Below, one piece after another: positions 26,154 to 32,000 of a stretch of DNA of 32,000 nucleotides. Made by a program: the position numbers and the translations under genes. This DNA is from Escherichia coli (lineage in GTDB: Bacteria > Pseudomonadota > Gammaproteobacteria > Enterobacterales > Enterobacteriaceae). How positions within the stretch are numbered: the first letter of the stretch is position 1; the number at the start of each line of letters is the position of its first letter. The notes beneath the pieces are model-generated. The model saw only the letters and a program-made list of their open reading frames with translations, searched no databases and had not been told where the DNA came from. The stretch is from NCBI RefSeq assembly GCF_002787215.1, contig NZ_CP024851.1; one strand, written 5' to 3'.

Positions 26154-27506
26154 TTAATGTGCTTTTTTAAGCTCTGCGATGCAGTCGGCAAAATTTGGCA
26201 GCCATTTCTCGTGCGCCAGAATCATCTCGCGTGCCAGCAGCTCAGCATCGCGATCGGAATGCACCAACGGACTAAGGTTTAGCGCCAGTAACACATCGTT
26301 AAATTCTCCGCTAAGTGCAGCGTTGCTGGCAGCAATCTCGAAGCCTTTAATGGTGTGAATCAGCCCCATCACTTTATCATCGAAATGCGTAATGCGCGGA
26401 TGTGGCGTCGCGCCATCGCGCCCCAGCGTACAGGTCATTTCTACCGCCCAGTCTGCCGGAATATTATCAATATGCCCATGATGCGGGATATTAACGTAAT
26501 GTTCAGCTTGCTTGTCGTTGTAGATAGCGTTGATCACTTCGCACGCTGCATCAGAGTAATAAGCCCCACCGCGCTGTTCCAGTTCTTTCGGCTTAACTTT
26601 CAACTCCGGGTTTTTATACAGCTCAAAAAGTTGTTTCTCGACTTTCTGTACTACCTGTGCTCGTGCGCCGCCTTTGTAGTATTCGCCCATTTCAATAGCC
26701 AGCATCTCTTTTTGCTTGAAGTAATAAAGTAAATAAGAACACGGCAACAGATTCAGAGAACGAATTAAGCCTTCGCTAAATGGCAGATCGAAAATATTTT
26801 TAACGCCAGATGCTTTTAACTGCCCGGATGCCACACCATCAAGCAATTCGGCAAAGCGTGATTTGCCATTTACCAGCACATCTTTAATGAACACCATATG
26901 GTTGAGGCCGAACAGATCGATAGATAAATCATCGCTGTCTTTCAGCATCAGAACATCGCGAATAAACATCTTCATGCCGATCGGAATATTACACACGCCG
27001 ATAAAGCGTTTAAATCCGGTATGACGATAAACGGCTTCAGTGACCATTCCCGCCGGGTTAGTGAAGTTAATCACCCATGCATTCGGACAAAGTTCTTCGA
27101 CATCTTTTACGATGTCAAAAATCACCGGAATGGTACGCAGACCTTTAAACAGACCGCCCGCGCCGTTAGTTTCCTGACCAAGATAACCATGACTTAATGG
27201 AATACGTTCATCCAGTTCGCGCGCCGGTAATTGGCCTACGCGCAGTTGGGTAGTAACGAAATCAGCATCTTTCAATGCTTCGCGGCGATCCAGCGTTTTA
27301 TAAAGCTTCATCGGGACGCCAGCGTTATCAATCATCCGTTGGCAGAGATCAAAAATAATATCCAGTTTAGCTTTACCACCTTCGACATCCACCAGCCATA
27401 ATTCGCTGACCGGCAATTCGTGATAACGCTTAATAAATCCTTCCAGTAACTCCGGGGTATAGCTGCTCCCGCCACCAATAGTGACGACTTTTAATTTCTG
27501 GCTCAT
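26154..27506 (-). CDS. chbF: 6-phospho-beta-glucosidase / diacetylchitobiose-6-phosphate hydrolase (GH4)
   Basis: 450 aa; MSQKLKVVTIGGGSSYTPELLEGFIKRYHELPVSELWLVD, GVCNIP, NHGHIDNIP-type GH4 motifs. Confidence 0.97.
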   Translation of the reverse strand: MSQKLKVVTIGGGSSYTPELLEGFIKRYHELPVSELWLVDVEGGKAKLDIIFDLCQRMIDNAGVPMKLYKTLDRREALKDADFVTTQLRVGQLPARELDERIPLSHGYLGQETNGAGGLFKGLRTIPVIFDIVKDVEELCPNAWVINFTNPAGMVTEAVYRHTGFKRFIGVCNIPIGMKMFIRDVLMLKDSDDLSIDLFGLNHMVFIKDVLVNGKSRFAELLDGVASGQLKASGVKNIFDLPFSEGLIRSLNLLPCSYLLYYFKQKEMLAIEMGEYYKGGARAQVVQKVEKQLFELYKNPELKVKPKELEQRGGAYYSDAACEVINAIYNDKQAEHYVNIPHHGHIDNIPADWAVEMTCTLGRDGATPHPRITHFDDKVMGLIHTIKGFEIAASNAALSGEFNDVLLALNLSPLVHSDRDAELLAREMILAHEKWLPNFADCIAELKKAH

Positions 27507-27610
27507 AATTTCTCCCTTCAGTACAGAATACTGATATCTGGCATATCTGCCCCCCCGGACATAAATAATCCAGCAACAGGACAGATATGTGAATTGTCAG
27601 GTATAACGAC

Positions 27611-28453
27611 TTACTGATTAAATTCAGTCAATTTCTTACGATAGCTCTTAGGCGTAAAGGACGTTAATTTCTTAAACGTTTTAATAAACAAACTCGGGCT
27701 ACTATAACCGGCCTCAAACGCAATATCCGTCACTGAATAGTTGGTCATTTCCAGTTGTTTTTTGGCAAAATTAATACGGATTTCATTAATAATCTGCATT
27801 GGCGTTTTGCCATAATATCGTTGAGTCGCTCGCGTCAAATATTCCTGTGATTTGGCTGACAACGTCACCATATTCTCCAGTGCCGACTCACTAAACTGCT
27901 CTTTATCATGCATCTTTTCTACCGTACTTTTCAGCCACTGCGGTACATCATCAATCACCTGTTCTTCGCGGTAATGACGTAAACGGTTAATGACATAAAA
28001 AGTAACCATCTCAACAAACTCTTCCAGCCCTGTTTCGCGGAAATTCAATGAAGAAATCACTGTTTCCACATAGGTGAGAAAAGCGTTATTGGTCCGGTAT
28101 ACCTGCGAAGCGACAAAGCAATAAGGCAACAACGGCAGGTAATGCTGCTCAAAAAAGCGTTTACTGATCCCAACATTCAATATGCGCGTGGCACCAAACT
28201 CATAAAAACTTTGATGGTGCGAACCTAACGGAATAAAAACAAAATCGCCCCGTTCCAGTAACACGCGCTTACCGTTAATCTCCTGGAAATAACGCCCGGT
28301 TAATACCAGAGTAAATTCATAATAGTCGTGCTGATGCAGTCCGCTGATACTCTCAGTTTTGTTATAGATAAACACATGGAAGTTTTTGCCATTAAACAAC
28401 TGCTGTTCTCGGGCAGTGGCAATTTCCGGCGCGTTAATCACTGGCTGCATCAT
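27611..28453 (-). CDS. chbR: AraC-family dual transcriptional regulator ChbR
   Basis: 280 aa; cupin-like N-terminus and AraC HTH ([34 protein letters not shown]). Confidence 0.96.
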   Translation of the reverse strand: MMQPVINAPEIATAREQQLFNGKNFHVFIYNKTESISGLHQHDYYEFTLVLTGRYFQEINGKRVLLERGDFVFIPLGSHHQSFYEFGATRILNVGISKRFFEQHYLPLLPYCFVASQVYRTNNAFLTYVETVISSLNFRETGLEEFVEMVTFYVINRLRHYREEQVIDDVPQWLKSTVEKMHDKEQFSESALENMVTLSAKSQEYLTRATQRYYGKTPMQIINEIRINFAKKQLEMTNYSVTDIAFEAGYSSPSLFIKTFKKLTSFTPKSYRKKLTEFNQ

Positions 28454-28460
28454 CGACTCC

Positions 28461-28811
28461 TTATGCCTTCAGTTTTTCATGAAGCTCAATTAATTCTGTA
28501 ATCAGTTCACGCGCAAGCATGGACGTCATTAAATGATCCTGAGCGTGGACCAGCACCAGACTCACTTTCATCTTACCTTCGCCCGCATCGCCTTCAATCA
28601 GTTTCGTCTGTACCAGATGCGCTTCATTCAATGCTATCCGTGACTGATCCATCATGGCTTTTGCTGCGGCAAAATCGCCCTGCTTCGCCTGTTTCAGTGC
28701 CGCATACGCCAGGCTGCGCGCTTGTCCGGAGTTGATGATAAGCCCCATCACCACTTCTTCCAGCTCTTCAGCTTCCGTTTGCGTATCGGGAATATTATCG
28801 AGATCCATCAT
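28461..28811 (-). CDS. chbA: PTS N,N'-diacetylchitobiose EIIA component
   Basis: 116 aa; PTS lactose/cellobiose IIA signature; [37 protein letters not shown]. Confidence 0.97.
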   Translation of the reverse strand: MMDLDNIPDTQTEAEELEEVVMGLIINSGQARSLAYAALKQAKQGDFAAAKAMMDQSRIALNEAHLVQTKLIEGDAGEGKMKVSLVLVHAQDHLMTSMLARELITELIELHEKLKA

Positions 28812-28861
28812 ACATCGTTCCTCTCTATTCTTACCGGCACGATTACCCGTACCGGCATCGA

Positions 28862-30220
28862 TTAAAATTTCAGGGCGTTAGCGATATCTTCTTCGCTCTC
28901 TTCTTTATCAATCGCGTTTTGTGCTTTGTTAGCGACCACAACAAAGGGCAGATAAATTAACGTTGCGATACCAAGGTTGAAGAGTGCGACCAGCAATGCG
29001 GCGACGCTACCGTTGGTGTTAAAGAAGGCTCCCAGACCGGTTGGCATGGTCCACGGTGCAATATTGGTCACCAGAGGAATAATGCCCATGTAGTACGCTG
29101 CCAGGGTGATTGCCGCCAGAATCGGTTGTACCAGTACAAACGGGATAAACATCACCGGGTTCATGATAATTGGCAGACCAAACAGAATCGGTTCGTTAAT
29201 CTGGAAGATGCCGGACGGCAGCGCCAGTTTTGCCACCTGACGATAATCAGCACGGCGAGAAGCGATAAAGATAGCCAGGATCAGACCTAAAGTCGCACCA
29301 CTGCCACCGAGGAAAATAAAGGAGTCCAGCATCGGCTTGGCCCAGATATGGAAGGTCTTACCGGCTGCCAGCGCCGCTTCGACGGAACCATATTGCTGAT
29401 AGGTCGCGATATTTTCCAGCGCCCAAGGCGTCATAATGCCGTTGTCCAGTGCGGTCAGCGCCAGCGCACCATGAATACCGAAGAACCAGAGCAGTGGAAC
29501 AAAGATCACATAGGCCCAGCCCACCACGCTACCCAACGATGCCAGTGGGGTTGAGATGGTATCCATAATGATCTGATGGAAGTTGGTGCCCCAGGTATTC
29601 AACGCCCAGGCAATAATCCCCATCACGGAAAGAATAATAAAGCCGGGAATTAAAGCCGAGAAGGAACGCGATACTGAAGCAGGTACGCTATCGGGCAATT
29701 TAATGACCCAATTGCGGCGGACAATAAAGGTAAACATTTCTGCCACCACCAGGCCAATAATAATCCCGGAGATGATATTCGCCCCACCTAACCAGTTTGC
29801 GCCAACCGCATAGGCCTCACCGACACTGTATGGGGTGACGGTCATAAATGCTGCAACGGATAACAACCCAGCCGCCAGCGCATCGACTTTACGCTCTTCT
29901 GCCAGCGCCATGCCAATAAAGAACGGTGCCATTAAAGACATTATCCCTAATGTTCCGTTATATACGTTGCCGCCAATACCTTTCAGACCATTAAGTGTTT
30001 CAATGGTTGAGGCATCCAGGCGAATACCTAAGGAATAAAAAAACGACCCCTCCCCAAAGCTTAGAAAAACGTTGTTAATTAATACAAACATGGCCCCCGC
30101 AAGGGTTAACGGCATTAAGCGAATAAAGCCATTTTTGATTGCATTAACGTGTGGCTGCTTTCCTATTTTAACTGCAAAAGGGAGGAGTACCTTTTCAAGC
30201 GATGCAATAACATTACTCAT
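28862..30220 (-). CDS. chbC: PTS N,N'-diacetylchitobiose EIIC component
   Basis: 452 aa hydrophobic permease; [20 protein letters not shown]. Confidence 0.97.
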   Translation of the reverse strand: MSNVIASLEKVLLPFAVKIGKQPHVNAIKNGFIRLMPLTLAGAMFVLINNVFLSFGEGSFFYSLGIRLDASTIETLNGLKGIGGNVYNGTLGIMSLMAPFFIGMALAEERKVDALAAGLLSVAAFMTVTPYSVGEAYAVGANWLGGANIISGIIIGLVVAEMFTFIVRRNWVIKLPDSVPASVSRSFSALIPGFIILSVMGIIAWALNTWGTNFHQIIMDTISTPLASLGSVVGWAYVIFVPLLWFFGIHGALALTALDNGIMTPWALENIATYQQYGSVEAALAAGKTFHIWAKPMLDSFIFLGGSGATLGLILAIFIASRRADYRQVAKLALPSGIFQINEPILFGLPIIMNPVMFIPFVLVQPILAAITLAAYYMGIIPLVTNIAPWTMPTGLGAFFNTNGSVAALLVALFNLGIATLIYLPFVVVANKAQNAIDKEESEEDIANALKF

Positions 30221-30268
30221 AGAAAAATACCCTTAAAAACCGCAATTTAAATATTACGGTATTGATTT

Positions 30269-30289
30269 ATGAAATAACTCTTTGACGGG
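30269..30289 (-). promoter_or_regulatory. ChiX sRNA pairing site in the chbB-chbC intercistronic leader
   Basis: Reverse strand CCCGTCAAAGAGTTATTTCAT is complementary (11 bp plus 7 bp around a 3-nt mismatch) to the ChiX segment AUGAAAUUCCUCUUUGACGGG, as recalled from the literature. Confidence 0.88.
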
Positions 30290-30304
30290 AAAATTTAAAA
30301 TAAA

Positions 30305-30625
30305 TTAATTTGCTGCGGCTTTTTTAATCGCTGCAACCGCAGCCTTAAGCACGCCTAAACCATCGACTTTGCCATAAAGCAGCGAGTCAATTACTTCAAC
30401 CGGTTTGTTGGGTAACAAACGCTGGATTTCGGGCAACATATAAGCAATCTGCGGCCCTAATAACACGACATCGGCATTCTGACCTTTTTCACCAGCCAGT
30501 GTTTCCGGAAATGCTTCAATAATGACCGGAACTTCATATTTTTCTGCCTGTGCGCGCATTTTTGATACCAGTAAAGAGGTAGACATGCCCGCAGAACAAA
30601 ACAGATAAATGTGTTTCTTTTCCAT
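30305..30625 (-). CDS. chbB: PTS N,N'-diacetylchitobiose EIIB component
   Basis: 106 aa; [38 protein letters not shown] (EIIB Cys loop). Confidence 0.97.
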   Translation of the reverse strand: MEKKHIYLFCSAGMSTSLLVSKMRAQAEKYEVPVIIEAFPETLAGEKGQNADVVLLGPQIAYMLPEIQRLLPNKPVEVIDSLLYGKVDGLGVLKAAVAAIKKAAAN

Positions 30626-30864
30626 AAAACTGCCCTCATCGACGATTATCTGTCAGCCAGACACTCCGCAAGCCTTAACCTGCTTCCATGCTCTGGGTAA
30701 CTTGCGAAACCAACATGACTTTTTTTGTGGCTGAAAGGAGTATACGGTATAGACCTGAGCAATAGTATTTCTTTGACCTTATAAATTGTCTCTCCTTGAC
30801 CTGCGGTTATGACCCTCTTCACATTTCGGGCAAATAATTCGCGAAGATAATTAAGAACTCAGGC

Positions 30865-30892
30865 CAAAAAAAACCGGCGCAATGGCCGGTTT
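30865..30892 (-). terminator. Rho-independent terminator of osmE
   Basis: Reverse strand AAACCGGCCATTGCGCCGGTTTTTTTT downstream of osmE. Confidence 0.9.
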
Positions 30893-30923
30893 CCGTTGTA
30901 ACTCAAGCTTTCAGGCGAAGTGA

Positions 30924-31262
30924 TTACTTCGCAGCCTGTGGATCAGTGTCGTATTCAGCACAGGTCTGATAACCGGAGTTGATGACATGTCCGGTATCAT
31001 CTAACGCGACAAAGTAGGTTTCTGCTTTACCATCACGTTGACCCAGGATGTAGGTCTGGCAAGTACCACGAGCATGGATCATGCTCACTTCAGACGAAGG
31101 TTTACCCGCAATTTGTGCAACCTGCGCCCGGCTCATGCCTTTTTTGACGTCTTTCACCACAGGCTGTACAAACTGGTCTTTGGTACGATCATAAGCCGTA
31201 CAACCCGCCAGCATGGTTAATACCGCCGCTGCACTCAGAATTCCTGCCATATTCTTGTTCAT
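30924..31262 (-). CDS. osmE: Osmotically inducible lipoprotein E
   Basis: 112 aa; lipobox LTMLAGC, SmpA/OmlA-like repeat region. Confidence 0.96.
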
Positions 31263-31463
31263 ATTCCGTCCTCTTGTTTATCAGCGTGTTAGATAAGCCT
31301 GGAATACATTGGGCGCTTTTTCAAGCCCGTGAACGAAACGGCTCCGCTTTCAGAGGATTCCTGTATGACGTTTTAACCACCATTCAGCCCGCTGTCGCTT
31401 GTCGTTTCAGTAGCAACGGGTTAGCTTTAAGGAAGTTTTGTCTTTTCTGTCTGGAGGGGTTCA

Positions 31464-32000
31464 ATGACATTGCAACAACAAATAATAAAGGCGCTGGGCG
31501 CAAAACCGCAGATTAATGCTGAAGAGGAAATTCGTCGTAGTGTCGATTTTCTGAAAAGCTACCTGCAAACTTATCCGTTCATTAAATCACTGGTGCTAGG
31601 GATCAGCGGCGGTCAGGACTCCACGCTTGCCGGAAAGCTGTGCCAGATGGCGATTAATGAGCTGCGCCAGGAAACTGGCAACGAATCACTGCAATTTATT
31701 GCCGTACGCCTGCCCTATGGTGTTCAGGCTGACGAACAAGATTGCCAGGATGCCATTGCCTTTATTCAACCGGATCGCGTATTAACCGTTAATATCAAGG
31801 GCGCGGTATTGGCCAGCGAACAGGCGCTGCGCGAAGCGGGCATTGAACTGAGCGATTTTGTTCGTGGCAATGAAAAAGCGCGTGAGCGGATGAAAGCACA
31901 ATATAGCATTGCGGGTATGACCAGCGGTGTCGTGGTGGGCACCGATCATGCAGCAGAAGCCATTACCGGATTCTTCACTAAATATGGTGACGGCGGTACG
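31464..32000 (+). CDS. nadE: NH3-dependent NAD+ synthetase, N-terminal part; runs off the right edge
   Basis: ATG at 31464 after GGAGG; [63 protein letters not shown]... with SGGxDS P-loop; open to the window end. Confidence 0.98.

Overview
This 32 kb window looks like an ordinary Escherichia coli (or Shigella-like) chromosomal core segment, syntenic with the K-12 ydiU-nadE region (about 38-39 min). Gene order from the sequence: selO/ydiU (partial) - ydiV - nlpC - btuD - btuE - btuC - ihfA - pheT - pheS - pheM - rplT - rpmI - infC - thrS - arpB - yniD - ydiY - pfkB - ydiZ - yniA - yniB - yniC/hxpB - ydjM - tcyP/ydjN - ydjO - cedA - katE - chbG - chbF - chbR - chbA - chbC - chbB - osmE - nadE (partial). 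I found no CRISPR array, prophage, IS element, tRNA or rRNA. The main observation is a full-length, uninterrupted 632-aa arpB, a locus annotated as a broken pseudogene in K-12. Its product has an apparent ShET2/OspD/EspL-type cysteine-protease core (Cys171, His261, Asp285) followed by ankyrin-like repeats, which is the architecture of type III secretion effectors. Other notable elements are the AUU-initiated infC (truncated by the ORF track), the 14-aa pheM leader and attenuator (missed by the ORF track), the tRNA-mimicking thrS operator, a ChiX sRNA target site between chbB and chbC, a tandem LexA-box promoter at ydjM, the small membrane protein gene yniD, and the AT-rich orphan ydjO.
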